Shown here piece by piece: positions 25,332 to 39,291 of a stretch of DNA of 64,000 nucleotides; position 1 is the first letter of the stretch, and every line of letters starts with the position of its first letter. A program made the position numbers and the translations under genes. The notes below the pieces were generated by a model that saw nothing but the letters and a program-made list of their open reading frames with translations, did not search any database and was not told the DNA's origin. The stretch comes from Felis catus (lineage: Eukaryota), in assembly GCF_018350175.1 (NCBI RefSeq), contig NC_058368.1:124560001-124624000 (forward strand), written 5' to 3'.

Positions 25332-26384
25332 AAGACTTCAATTATAGGTAGCTGTTTTAGTTGTACTTGAATGCTCTTCAAACAATAAATAAAAAAGTCA
25401 CACCTAACTAACCCCCATCCACCTTAATAAATCCTGGGTTAAGTGTTAAGTATTCTAACTGGCTTTTTTGTCTGAATTAGTTTGAAATATTGCTACCAGT
25501 CTTAGAAACAAGAATAATAATATGTAAGGAAGCACTTTTACCACCCAAAATTTTTACCACCCAAAATAGTACCAGAGTACTATGAAAATGAGATTGCAAA
25601 TTAATCTGTCCATTTACTCATTCTATTATATGACAAACATTTATGCACCTAGTATTTTCCTAGTATTGTCCTAGGGGGTGCTGAGAAGGAAGAGAGAAAA
25701 ATAAATGACACTGTCCTGTCTTCAAATTGCTTGAAAATTTGCATGCACTGTTCATAGATTGGATTCTGTCAAATCCAAAGAAAAAAACTCTTCAACTGGA
25801 TCCCAAAACCAAGATCAAGAGAAAGCCAGTGGCATAGTTCTATTATCTGTATACTTTACAGGTATGAAAAACAGGAAGAGTAATTGCTACAAGTCTAGGG
25901 TTCTTTTAAGGCATGAATTATAAACCAGATCAACAGGTATAGTGAAGGGCTTGTCAGTTGAACAGTTGTTTTTATACAAAAAGACAATTGGTTGGTTAGA
26001 AAGAAATGTGAATCATCTTCCCCGCCTCAACCTCTCTCCACATGAAGCCCAACCTCTCTGAGCATGGCTGAAATGTTCTCCAGTTTGTTTTTATTCTAGC
26101 TCCCTCCCTTCCCAGCTGACCCTTGCAGGGAGAATGAAGCCTGCCATTTTGCACACAGTTTTGCCTTTTCTACTGTTTATTTTGCTAAGACTCTTAAACC
26201 TGTCAGCGAAGCGGTTTCCAGCATAGTCTGTGTGGTAATAATCTCCCTTTCTAAGAGATAAGCACCCTGAGTAAGGCATATTGCAAGACAAACTAACACA
26301 CCAAAGTTGCTGAGTACACACGACTCTTTGAAGATACCTCACCACTCAGGCTTTATTAGCTTCAGAGAAAAAGAAAAAAAAAGT

Positions 26385-26435
26385 AGAAGGAGGAAGAGGA
26401 GGAAGAGGAGGAGGAGGGGGAGGAGGAGGAGGAGG
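26385..26435. repeat. (GAG/GAA)n purine-rich microsatellite
   Basis: Directly visible. Confidence 0.9.
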
Positions 26436-26829
26436 TTTGGCTTGAAGGTTTCAGAAACTCACTTAGAAATTACCAGAAACTGCTTGAGAAAAATGCCAAA
26501 GCACATGCGTGTGCCCAAACATACACTTCTTGCTTTAGAGGGGCAGATGGAGAAAGACAAGCAGGGAGAGCCTACTGGAGACTTCCAGAGGAAAGGAACT
26601 TTCTGGCAAACCTTGATTTAATCAGATGTCCCAATTTCTAACATGCATACCTAATTTATACCTCTAGGACAGGCATATATGAATTTTATTACCAGAAAAT
26701 TAAACAAAACATCACGTTTTTATTTTCTGAAATCCAATTAACTCCTTTGCTCTGACAGGACATTTAATTTTGCCATTTGGAAGGAATTCCCTACCAAAGA
26801 TAATGTACAATCCCTGTGGTAGGGATCTT

Positions 26830-27335
26830 GTCATCAGTCTGTGGCCTGTTCAGCAGCTATTTCATGCTTCCTTTTTGCTGATAGAACCCTAATTTTATTC
26901 AAAGGTGGGGCAGTGATGTACTCAGGGAAGTTGGATCCTTCCCCAAACCCAGGTGCATCAAAATGATTAGTCTAAGTCTATTCTAGCAAACCTACCCTTC
27001 CTGCCTACTTATAGCATGGGTTGGGCAGGTGACAATGAATTCTAGGATCTTTAGGGGAACAGTTTCCGCCTTGATCAGAATAAAGGCATGTGAAGCAAAG
27101 CTCCATTCCTTCCTCCCTTTGAACCTGTCCATGTGAGGCATGATGCATGGGTCTAGAGCAATCTTGTTCCGAGAGAGAAGTAAAGACTATCACCAAGCCA
27201 CTTGACCCTCTGAATCACTGTCATTGAGCTTCCCTACCTTGAAACCTCTTGACATGTGCAACAATAAATCTCTATTTCCCAAAACTCTTTTATTTGAGTA
27301 TTCTATTACTAGCTGAAATCATAATATATTATACA
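26830..27335 (+). mobile_element. Ancient MaLR-type LTR
   Basis: AGAACCCTAATTTT, GATTAGTCTAAG, GCAATCTTG, AATAAATC, TATTCTATTACTAGCTGAA. Confidence 0.55.
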
Positions 27336-29629
27336 GTTCTTGAGTTCAGAACATTGAGGAGAGCCTTCTGTTACTTCATCCACACTGGTCACCACTGTTA
27401 CTGTCTGAGCCTCCATGGTTCCTTATAACGAGATAGCTTAGTGTTTTAGTGCCAAAAGTACACTTCATTATGTGTGTGCATGGGGGAAAACCGGGGCTCT
27501 GCTGAAGATTGCCTTCTCAAAGCCTAATGTTCAGTGTCCTTGGGGCACCACATGGCCACAGGCTTGTCACCATCCCCAGCTGCCTCTAAGAGCCTACAGG
27601 AAGCTCCTGAAGAGCAGTAATGCTGCAGTGACCTTGATTCTAAGACTGGATCTGATGAAGTACATTTTAATGTTGCCAGACCCTTCCCAAGGTCTTTAGT
27701 AAAAGGCAACTCTGACTTGTAACTGGATTCTGTTGCCCCAATTCATTCACTCAGGGAGAGAAACTGGGTCCTGAGACAATGGGCAGGACAGGCCTTAAAA
27801 TGATTTATGGTAATACAAAGTAATTGTTTGGTTGAGTAAATATCCAGAAGACTCAGTTCACCTCTCCAGTTCCCACACCAACCCTACTCCTTTCAGGATC
27901 TGCTCAAAATGTTCCATCGATGCATTTGCTGTGCTTTCTTGTCTTAGCACAAGACACTTGCCCTCCAAGGCTCTCTGAGTGGCCCAGAATTTTTTTAGAA
28001 ATTGAATAAAGTGCATTAATTTTATCTTGAAAAACTAGCCAGCAGGTTAACTGAAAGAGGCCAAAAGACCTGTAAAGGTGGCTCACAGGGTGAATATTGT
28101 GTCCCTTCTAGAAGTTTTTTCATGTTACAGCATTGTTGTCCATGGCCCAATAGGGCCATTTTTAGTTCTTCAAAATGGTGTTTTTAGAAGCAGAGTTTTC
28201 ACATGGCAATAAGCATAACATTCCCCTGAAGAGTGTTGTGTGTGTGTGTGTGTGGTTGTTGTTGTTGTAGTTTTGTTTTGTTTTGTTTTTTGTTTTTAGC
28301 ATATTTCTGGAGCCCAATTTCTTGCAATTCCAGTTCCTCAGGCCTGGACCACCTCCTTTGGACTAAGCCTGGGTAATTATGACATGGAGAGCCACAGGTC
28401 CACTCTGAGGTGCACTGTTCTGAACTCAGAGCCAGGCATTTCATCTTATCAAAAGCAGCCTCCACCTTCTTCTTCTTCTAAATAGCCTGTCTCTTTTTCT
28501 CTGTCTTCCTTCCTTTTTAAAATAATCAGATTTAAAATAGCTCAATCAGTGGTTTTGCCAACGCACTCAGCGAAAAATGTTTATTTGGATTAGCATTCTG
28601 TTGATTCCAGAATGTGAAACATAAAATGAAGGTCCAAACCCTAATCCAACATTATTTTTGAGAGGAGACTTTCTATAGCTACTCCACATTGTGTAGAAAC
28701 TAAACAGGGCTGGTGTTCTCTAAAAGATGTTTTTTTGGCAGTTTCATAAACCCTGTCTCACATTTCACAGTTCTCCCAGCCTCCCAGGGAATGACCCAGT
28801 GGAGTGCCTCTATGCAAATGAATAGCTTGCCTTATCTGGTCCTCAGAAATTCCCTTTTCAGTGAAAACCACTCTGAAGTTGGTTACAGACCAGGGTCTGC
28901 ATTAGAGGCCCAGCTGGGCAAGCACCTCTAAGTAAACAGAATGGGTCACATGATTTATCGGGTGATGAGTGTTTGCTGGAAGGCATGTGGTGTGAGGTTA
29001 TTGTCCAGTCAGAGGGAGAGAAGAGGAAAAACAAAACAAAATAAAACAAAACAGAAAACTCCTACTTGCTTTTGATTTTAAGGGAAACTCCCCTCCTGTG
29101 AGGTTCTTTCTGAGCCAGCGCCTCCACACCAAGAGTGATGCTGTTGATGTGGTGGCTGCACTGAATGGGACAAGGGACTCTGGGAACCCATTGGTCAGGT
29201 CATCATCCATAGTGGGCAACTCTGTCTTGGAAGAGGCTTCTTTCAAATGTTTCCCAAGAGTCTTCTCAGATATTCCTGTTTGACAGGTCTTTCCCTTGAC
29301 CAGGTAGGGTTTTCAACTGGTGACCTGAAAAACATTTCCTTGATGTTTAAGAATAAAACACCCACTTGATAGAAGAACCTATGTGACCAAGGCTTTTTTT
29401 TGGAGGATGAGATGGGAACCACCAAGCTTGCAAGTTAAACAAAAGACGAGGCAATGGGCTACTCAGGCTGTGCTCCCTGGGTTGAGTATACCAGTTACTG
29501 AATTGCTTTCTTCATTACTAGTTTTCTAGAGTTCCAAATGCTGAATATCCACTCTTAGAGGTCAGTAAGAGTTGATAAATTCCAGCATACTGCACGTATC
29601 TTTTCTACTCTGGACTGAAATTTTCTTAT

Positions 29630-30915
29630 CACTTCTACAAATCAAGGAAAAATCATCAACAGTTTAACCTAAAAATGGGCAATAAATATGAACATATAGT
29701 TCAAAGAAATATACATGACTTTTAAGCACATGAAATGATGCTTAACTTCTGTTAACCCAATTCAAAATTATTTCAAACTAAAAAGGCATGGTTTTAAAAA
29801 AATGGTTACTTTTCATATAGTAAGATAAAAGCAGAAAAGTAAAAACTGCACAAAATGGAAGGAAGTATAAAAGGGACTCCTGGGCTATAGGTTCTGTGTT
29901 TTTTCTTGAAATGGATGTTCATTATACAATGTGTTTAGTTTGTGAAGATCTATTGAGCTATACACTGATGACAAATATACTTTTATGAGTATATCATATT
30001 TCAATTAAAGTTTTTAAAAATTACACTGAGATTTCAGTTTGTACATAATAGAGTGAGCAAAGATAAAAAATGTTCAATAACCTACTGTGTTGACAAGATA
30101 TAGAGAAACAGACATTCTCACATATTGATAACAGAAATATAAAATGATAAGAATCTATGGAGGGCAAATACCATTAAATATACAAATGCACATACCCTTT
30201 TACATAGCAATTCCATTTATCCTGCTCACACTGCACACGATGATATTGGTACAATGTCTTTATAGTAGTGTTTATAATAGCAAAAGATTAGTAAATAACC
30301 TAGATGTTCACTTTAGGAGACATGTTAAATAAATCATTGTACACCTATAAAATACCATACTAGCCAATCATAAAACACATATTGGAAAGGCTTTTTTTTT
30401 TTTATCTTTCTATATGTTTATTTATTTTTTGAGAAAGAGAGCCCAAGCAGGGGAGGGTCATAAAGAGAGGGAGACAGAGAATCTGAAGCAGGCTCCAAGC
30501 TGTCAGCACAAAGCCCAGTGTGGGTCTCAAACCCACACACTGTGAGATCATGACCTGAGCCGAAGCTGGATGCTTAACTGACTGAGCCACCCGTGTGCCC
30601 CTTAGAAATTTTTAATGTACTACAACAGAATAATCTCGTAAGCATATTGCTGACTAAAAGAAAAGCAAAGTATGGGAAAGTGTGGGTAGTAATTCTATCA
30701 TTTGAATAAATAAGGGGGTAATTACATTCATCCATGCTGACACATAAATAAGCCATCTCTGTCAGAATATGAAAGAAAATGGTAATACAACTTCCAGGTA
30801 GGAGAACTTGGAAGATGGGGGACAGAATCCAGAATGAGACTTATGATGTATTCTTTTTGTACCTTTTGAATTTTGTATTATATGAAAGTATGATCTAGAA
30901 AAAAATAAATAACAT
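29630..30915 (+). mobile_element. Old L1M(E) 3' fragments with an embedded SINE
   Basis: AAAAATGGGCAA, GAGAAACAGACATTCTCA, TAGCAATTCCA, TTTATAATAGCAAAAG. Confidence 0.65.
30392..30601 (-). mobile_element. Can-SINE
   Basis: Head GGGGCACACGGGTGGCTCAGTCAGTTAAGC, CT tract, AATAAA and A-tail. Confidence 0.95.
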
Positions 30916-32028
30916 TTAAAATCCTAAGCCTGTGTTTTCTGCTGTATGTAATATATTGACTTAAATTATTACTTGTATTCCACTTCCACAGTTTCTCTCT
31001 CTTACACCCTTTCAGTTGTAAGCTAACCCATCAAGTCAATGACTTCTCCATGGGGAATATGGTCAATTCTACCACAGTGGATCTATACATCATTATTATA
31101 AGACCCACCTTGACTTTCAGAAATGTTCTCACGAGAAAAGTGCATGCCTTTTAGGATGGAAGAAGACAATTAACCTGCTTTGCTAACTACTCACTTATCA
31201 GGCCCCAGACCATGAACTATGATCAAAATACAATCATTGACATTTTTTTTTACATTAAAAAAGTACGGCCATTTTCAAAGGCATTAGGAAGTACCAAGTA
31301 TGGCTTATGAATTCCAGCAAGGGCAGTCTACCTGAGAGATGTTGAACAACCAAGGGAGGATGAGAGTTGGCTCCAGAGAGGAGTAGCTACCAGAAAGGTA
31401 GATAAAGAGGGAACCCCAAATGTCCCACTGTGGCTGAAGGCTAAGGAAGCCACTCCCTAAAATAGGACTAAAGGAACCATTATAGGGCCTTGAAAGTTTA
31501 GAGGAGCTCTTTTCTCTCAGTTTAGAGTTAACCCTGCAGAGGCATTTCAAAGGGCAACTTCCCAGCCCAACTCCACCCTTGGCTGCACATTATTTTCTAA
31601 TCAGCACTTTACTCATTGTTGAAATATGGCAGCAACAAGGGATTCTCCTCTCCTGTTGCTTTTTTTAAAAAAATTAATTGCTGCAGAGTAAGATACCTAC
31701 AAGCTACTCCTAATTGGATACATTCCTGTCCAATATGTACAACAGGGCTTGCACCATCTTCCAAGAGAGGTCAGAAAAATCTTACTTGGAGAAAAATAAA
31801 ACCTGGGCTGCTCTTGGGTCCCTGCTGATGCTGGCAGCAATACATGCTAGCTGAGGTGCCTCCTCTGCTGGCCAGCCTCTGATCACCAAGGCTCAGCTGT
31901 GAGACAAGAGGACCAGAGATACTGGCCATACCTTCACAAGTTCTTGTAAGACATGACCATGCCTTGCAAAGGGACAACACGGCACTGCTCAACCTTAGAG
32001 ACTTTTTTTGCTGGATTTCTCTTTGTCC

Positions 32029-32403
32029 TGTGAAAGGATTTCAATCCAAAATGGAACTGAATAATAGTAAATGGAGAATCTCATGCATGTGCCCTCAGAA
32101 GAACAGAAGTTAAGATGTGAGAAACTGATATCATATAAATGCCTGATTTACAGAAGACCAAGACTCCTGACCAATGAACATCTGCCATGAATATTTCCGT
32201 ATTTTACTGCTTGAACTCTGACTGGACTTCCCTCTTTTTTCCCTCCTTGTCCATAAATATAGCCTGCCCCAAACTCTCAGCAGACTCACCCGCAGCTAGC
32301 TACAGCATATTTTCCAAATTGAAATTCCACTGATATTCCCAAATAATTTCAATTTCTGGTCATGTGAGCTTGCTTCAGGTTACCTCTTTATTTAGGGTTG
32401 ACA
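32029..32403 (+). mobile_element. ERV1-class solo LTR (MER4-group-like termini)
   Basis: Begins TGTGAAAGGA and ends TTTAGGGTTGACA; TATA-like ATAAATA; flanks GTCC/GTAC. Confidence 0.6.
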
Positions 32404-33897
32404 GTACCCTTTCCCTTTTGTCACAGGGCCAATAAATCAACAATTTTGGGTTTGGATTTGGTTTCCTTCCTATGAGGGGGGTGGTCATTGGGAAAGTCTC
32501 CTCTAAAAGACAATAACCATGTTTATATTGTTGATGACTAGAAGAAACCTCAAACATGTCTCCTAGCCTAGCTCTTAAATGTCAAAGAGATGGGCTCTAT
32601 CTGAACTTTAAAAACCTCCAAGGATGCGGTTTCCAAAATTTCATAAATTCCACTAGAAGTTTATTTAAGTAAATAATTAATCATCCTTATGTTAATCAAG
32701 ATGCTTTTCAGGTACTAGAACTTTCTGGATTTTGAAGATGTAGAGTCATGAAACAACATTTTCCCAGATCTAAATTCTAGAGCTGGCTAAGACTTTAACA
32801 GTTTTCTTAATCTGAACTGCTCAGAGCAGAAGTGAGGCTCAGAGCAGGAGGACAAAGAAGACCTAGGTCTAGAACCTGGCTTTCCTGACTCCCCCTCATC
32901 CAGCACTCTCACAACTATGCTAGGGGGTTCTTACACATAGAAAGTTGTTAAATCCCTACTCTCTTTTCCAGGCTAAAAACCTTTATCCCCTAAACTCTCC
33001 TCACACTTTTTTTTTCTTGGCAGTATCACTTACTAAGTAGCAGTACCATATAGCTATCGCACTAGTCTACTGGTCTACTATGACTACTGTATCATTTTCT
33101 ACTATCCCCCCTTGCTTCCTGAATAGACTCTTGTTTCCTTATTTCTGGTAGTCTGTTTATTCTCTCCTCCATTGTACTATCTCCTGTGTCTCACTAATGA
33201 GCTTCATCCTGTTTTTGACAGACCATTCTGTTTTGACAAGGTAAAACTGATCACTGAATTAAACACATGTGAAACATCTCTAAATACAAACCCACTGTAG
33301 GGAAAGATTTGAATGCTGTCCATTTCCTTGAGATAATAACTTGCAAAGCAATTTTCATAGCCAGATGAGTCCTGAATGGAGAGCTCTGTTTAAACTCTGC
33401 ATTCCATAAATAGAAACAAAGTGCAGACATCCTGCCTCTTGACTTCTTTAGTCATTTGAAGCTTTCAGATGTATGTTTCTTATTTGTTTTCTTGATTCTT
33501 TTCTTCTGTACATTAGACTGTAGCCAAGGAGTGTCCATAGCACACTGAGGGCTGGAGTAATCTCTTACTTCCCTCCTGCAGGCAGATGCCCTGTGAGACT
33601 ACAGTCAACTTTTCACTGCCTTTTGAAACTGGGCCTGGTGAGCCTTTCATTTCATCACACACAGTCATGGATTTTATAACTGAACCTCAAAACAAAATAC
33701 TCTATTGGCCCAAATGGGTATTCTCTATGAACCAGAATAGGAATTCTTGTGATTCAGGATTCATTAATTGTATTAGTAAATTCACCTCAGAGACTCATGA
33801 ATTTTAAGAAATGGAAAGATTTTAATATTTTCACATTTGGGACTGATGATCTGGCATCCACAGAAAGCTCGGTCATCCATGGATGGATTCAGGGGTT

Positions 33898-34240
33898 GTA
33901 TCAATCAGAATGTGCTAAATAATGCTGTGGCAACAAACAATTCCAAGAATCTCAGTGGCTGAAAGCAACAAAGGTTTAATTTTCTCTCGTGTCACATGAT
34001 AATCCAAGGTTGGCTAGAGACTTAACTCCTGCACCATTACTATTGTCAATCCTGGACCCAATGGAGAAGACACTATCAGGATCATGGCTGGCTTTAGTGC
34101 CCAAAGAAAAGAAACACCACTCAAATCTTAGCCCAGAAATGTCACCCAGAACTTCTATTCACATTTGATTGATCCGTGACTGAGTTAATTGGGGTGAAGA
34201 AGTGTAATCCTCCCGCAAGGAGTAAAACTACCTTGGAGAA
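33898..34240 (-). mobile_element. MLT1J-like MaLR LTR
   Basis: TGTATCAATCAG...ATGCTGTGGCAACAAACAA...ATCTCAGTGGCTGAAAGCAACAAAGGTTTA. Confidence 0.7.
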
Positions 34241-37200
34241 CTGTTTACTGATGTGTCCATGAACCTTTGAAATTATACATGTAATTATAGGTGAACAGGC
34301 ACATGTGCCTACTTCTGGAGGGTGGCTCTTTAGCTTTCATCCTATTCTGACAAGGCACTTTGACCACCAAGCCCTCACCAGCGCCCACCACCCCCATCAC
34401 CACCAAAGTTAAGGACCAATGATTCTAGTCCAAACTCTTTGTTTTACAGATGGAAGAACTTGAAAGCCAATCTTTAAACAACCTGCCAAAAACCAAAACA
34501 ACTTCCTTGAACTTGCCAAAGTAACAATTAATTGGGAGCACAACCAGCCCCTAAGACTGCATGAGGGAAAGGCCACACTTCTAGGCACAGTAAAAGGCTC
34601 CAGCCTTTGCTTCACTAGCTGTCTGCATCCAAATTTAATTTAGGGAGGAAGAAAGAGGTCATGGGAAGGGACCCAGCTTCCTGTAGGTTTCAAATCCCAA
34701 ATGGAGGTTGGAAACTGGTAGAGGATCCTCCTTGGAAACTTTTGAAAAATAACTCATTGGACATTTCAATGCCAAGAAAAACGTGACCCCTGGTCCTTCT
34801 CCCACACTGTTGCCTTTCCCTTCTGCCCTCTTTCCTCTTGTCAGGTAACCTGGGCACCCATTGTATCCTTCCAGCTTCCTCAAATGAGCTTCCCACTAGG
34901 GCCCAACAAAAGGCATTATCCTGGAAGAACTGGTTTTCCCATCTCTTTTCATAACTCCATTTCCTTTTCGGAAGACCATGTGTTTTCCTTAATTCATTTC
35001 AATTCACCATCCTGTCACCTCCCTTTACTTTACCCCACTTTCCTCTCAGGATGGAACATCACTTAGCTTCCCAACCAGCATGGCAATGCTTTATTTCAGC
35101 TGTTAAAACAAACAAATTAGGGATCTGCTCCTGTGAGCCCGTAGGCATGAAGACCAGTACTAAGATGCATGAGATAACCTGGCAATTTATCTACCTTCTC
35201 AATCTCTTTTCTCTTCCTGTTCACTTAATTGATTATTTTATCATTTTCCCCATTTCCCATTCCTTTTCAGGATTGGATTTGTGTCAGGCTGTGATGAAGC
35301 ACCAGGAAAACTAGGTTTTTGTATGAAACCTAGAAATTGCTGAAAATCTGGATAGAAGGGAAATTTTAAATGAGATTAAGAATTATGTGAGAAGTAATTT
35401 TAGGAGGCCTAGAATCCAGGGATACCTTCCCAGGTTTTGCAGGGCCTGATGAATATGGTGGCTTCCAATGAGAAAAATAATTTCGAATTGCAAATATATA
35501 GCTAGGTACCAAAGTAAATATGTATTTAGAAGTCAATTCAATTACAAGTGAATATTTATTTAAAGCTCCCTATCCTCATTCCTACCTTAACTTCTGTCAG
35601 AGGACAATTATAAGAGAGGGAATATTGGAGTGGACATAGAAGCTGTATCAGCCAATTGAAGTAGAAATGTCTCACATAAGATATCTTGTAAAGCACATGA
35701 ACATGGGAACACACAAGCAGGGCAACCTTTGGGGCCTGTGGAAAGGGCCCTAGCAAGTGAGGGGCATTAAAGTATAAGCTTCATTGCCTCTGAGAATCAA
35801 GATGCATTAGAGACCCTCACAGCCAGAATATCTGAAAGGTGAATCAGGTCAAGGAACCAGCAATCAGTAGCTCAAGTCTGAAGCAAGGTCTATACATATA
35901 CATTTTAAGAAAGGCCCCACTACTTTTTCTAGATCTTATCACCTTGTTATCTAAAAAAAGTTTACTGCTTATGACTCAACGCTCTGGACTTCTAAGAGAT
36001 TACTTTTTGACAATAGACAACCCAACTGAATGGAATCCTCCCCAAAGAAGTGATTGTAGGTATCACCAATACTGAAGGGGGGCAAATTTGTGGAGACTGG
36101 ACAAGGAGTCTTTTCCAGAGTTCTTCCAGTTACACTATGGTGTCCTGGAGGTTTAGGAAGAGGAGGGTTAACAAGGCTCTACTACAGAGCCTTGGACAGT
36201 CATTAGGTAAATTAAGAGCATGGAGGCCTCAGTTGGGGATGAGGTGGTGGGTGGGGAACAAAAGAAAGGACAAATTCCATTCTTTGCCTGCTGGCTAATG
36301 AATGGCCCTGAAAACATTTTATAGATGCTTCTTCCCTATCCTATATTTTGCTTTATTCTACTCTGAATCATTACACGGACCTTCCCATTCATAAGGTTAG
36401 ACAAAGAGATGTCCTTTCCCTTCTACATAAGACTGGGTGAGACTGGAAGGATCTTGGAGGAATCTTACTCAGTGAAAATGGTAGAAAGAGGAAAAAAATG
36501 AATTCCTTAAAGCCAGAAAGGAAAAAACATAAAAAATAACACATTTTGGTTAGGTATCTATTAGAATCCATGATTTTTCCTAATTCATGGACTTTTCTTT
36601 TTCTATATCTGATATCAGACTTCGATTTTTATCTAGAAGAGATAATTCTTTAGCACCTGCTCTTTAGAACTACGTTTATCACCACTCTTCCTGACTAAAA
36701 TGGACCTGTGTTCTTAATAGCACACAACAGTGGTGTCTGCTCCCACATACAAGCACCCAAGCACCTGTTTCTGCCCCACTCCTACAGCCTGACCTAATAC
36801 ATAGAAGAGTATGTAAATGTTCATATGCCTGTGACCTGACCATCAAAGGCATGGTCATTCTGTCAGCTAACAACTTTCATACTTCCTAAGCTCTAACACG
36901 TTTTCCTTAATAGCAACAAGACATCAACTACATTTGGTATTTCCCTGTAAGAGGTTCATTAACTCACTTAAAAACAGTCTCTTTCCTGGGCAATGGAAAG
37001 AGGTTTTCCCCTCCAATCTAAATATAGACACAAATGAGAAATGAAACTATGGGACTGATAACAATAGTGTGGCCGATTCTTTTAAAGATGCTATCAGCAG
37101 GAAGAACCAATGGGAGTGCCTAGTGGGGTGGGGGTGAGGTGGGGGGAGAATGTCAGAGAATCAAGGAAGTAGCCAGGTCTCAAAGTTAGAGGCATTATTT

Positions 37201-38344
37201 GATATGAATCCTGTTTTGGAAACTGGCTGATTTCTAAATAAGGTCCATTTTTATTTTGGATCAAAATCACTCTTGTTCTTTTGGGAAAATATTTTTATAA
37301 ATTAGTTAAGTAGACAATCAGTCCCCGAATAATCTTTAGATTTGAAATGCTTTGATGGTTTATGAGAACACACAGGTGGAGAGTGTATTAAAGCAGATCT
37401 AATCCTAGGCTAAAAGTTACTCAGTATTCTGCCAGTGGATGAAGGATGGTATCGCTTTTTCCTCACACCAACTCATTCCTTACGTCTTAAGCCAACCTTT
37501 CATGGATGGCTGAGTCCTATTCATTTCCAAGACTGCCAGGTGAGGGGCCTTTATAGTATCAGGGGACTGGGAACAAAGTCATGAAACAAACTACTTCCTG
37601 CATTAATAAGAGGACCAAAGATTATGAACTGGACACACTTTCTACCACTTATACTGGGGTGTCTTTGAGCAAATGGGCTAGTTCAGGCTGTTCAATATGG
37701 CTGCAAATACAAGATCTGAGAAAACCAGATGAGAATGTGTGGATGCAACCTGTGGGTAATGAGGGGCTGGCTGACCTGACCAAGTAGAAGCCTACACAGG
37801 TCCCTAGGGTGAATGTCAGGTGATGGGAGCTTAGATACAAACTCTGCTACTCACTAGTTGTGACACCTGATGCAACAAATGCATTGTTCTAGACTACAGT
37901 TTCTCACTTTCAGAGTAGCACCAATGGGCTGGATAATTTTGGAAAGACCCTCCAGGTCTAAAGTTCTGACTCTAATCAGATAGGTCCAGATGGAAGGAGA
38001 TTTAATGCTGAGGTGTTTGTTTAGACTATAAGACCACTGGACTGGGAGATGTTGTAGAGAATTAAATAGTAGATCATGAATTTGGAGCTATTGTTAATGT
38101 GATTACAGCCACCCTAAATCTTTACTGAACCCTCAGTGGGTATAAATACCCTATTATCAATAGAACCCCAGTAAATGTTATGGGCAATGAATTGAATGGA
38201 TGGTTGGATCAGGTCATCTTTGAGGCTCTTTCTAACCAAAATTCTCCATGACCCCAGTATTCTCCTAGGGAAAATGTAAATAAGGTAAGGTTAAGGGTCT
38301 TTAGGAAAACTGTCTTTGTTTCTCTTTCTTTTTCCCCCCTCATT

Positions 38345-38525
38345 TTTAAAACTTATATTCTCTGGGGAATTAGCATTCTCTTGGGGATCACAGTCCCATT
38401 GGATTAGGGTCCTATCCTTAGGAACTCATTTAACCTAATTACCTCTTTAAGGCCTTTTCTCAAAATACAGTCACATTGGAAATTAGGGCTTCAACATAGA
38501 GATTTGGACACAATTCAGTCCATGA
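38345..38525 (-). mobile_element. MLT1/MST MaLR LTR 5' fragment
   Basis: CATTGGATTAGGG, CTCATTTAACCTAATTACCTCT, AAATACAGTCACATT, TTAGGGCTTCAACATA, ACACAATTCAGTCCAT. Confidence 0.8.
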
Positions 38526-39060
38526 GATACTCTAACTCTCAGTCTAAGATTCCTTCCATAACAACACACTGCATGCCAACAACAAAAACAATGCAAGAGT
38601 GGTGTGAGTGTAGGGAAGAGAAAACTAATTTCATTATTAAATTGTGAAAAATGGTGTATCATTCTTTTTGTAGAGATTTAAAATAATTATGATAGTCTTG
38701 AGTATTCAGAAGCATTTAACAAAAGGTAATAAGTGAAAAGATGAAAACATTCTCCCTTGTTCTGGTTTTAAGTCCATCTTAAGGATGCCTCAGGGCCCCA
38801 TCTTTTGGCAGTTTAGAGAATTAATAGATTTCAATGTTTCCATGAGTTACTTTAGCCTGGAAGAGAGGAGGCTAAGATAGAAAAACCCCTATTTCATTAA
38901 ACATTTTAAGCACTGTCATGAGAAATCAAAATTGGATTGCAAATCACAAATATTTGGCATGTGATATTATTTCCCCTTCTTCTACCCTTGGCAGACATTA
39001 CTTATCAATCATGGCACTCACCAAACAAAGCTTCAGAATACACTCAGTACAAACAGCACT

Positions 39061-39255
39061 TGTTTTTTTCAATGTTTATTTATTTATATATACATATACA
39101 CAGAGAGAGAGAGAGAGGCAGAGAGAGATCCCAAGTAGGCTCCATACCTTCCATGCAGAGCCCAATGCAGGGCTCAATCCCACGAACTGTGAGATCATGA
39201 CCTAGCCGAAATCAAGAGTCGGAAACTTAACCAACTGAGCCACTCAGGCGCCCCC
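39061..39255 (-). mobile_element. Can-SINE
   Basis: Head GGGGCGCCTGAGTGGCTCAGTTGGTTAAG on the minus strand, CT tract, A-tail. Confidence 0.95.
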
Positions 39256-39291
39256 AATCAACACTTTTAAAAACAAAAAAGAATTTGTATA

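Noticed and set aside
25535..25567. Short tandem duplications (also about 4150-4200, 41960-42000, 42250-42272)
   Set aside because: Ordinary slippage duplications with no further structure
26307..26621. Protamine-like arginine-rich ORF
   Set aside because: The arginine run is a translated (GAG/GAA)n microsatellite, and the start is not ATG
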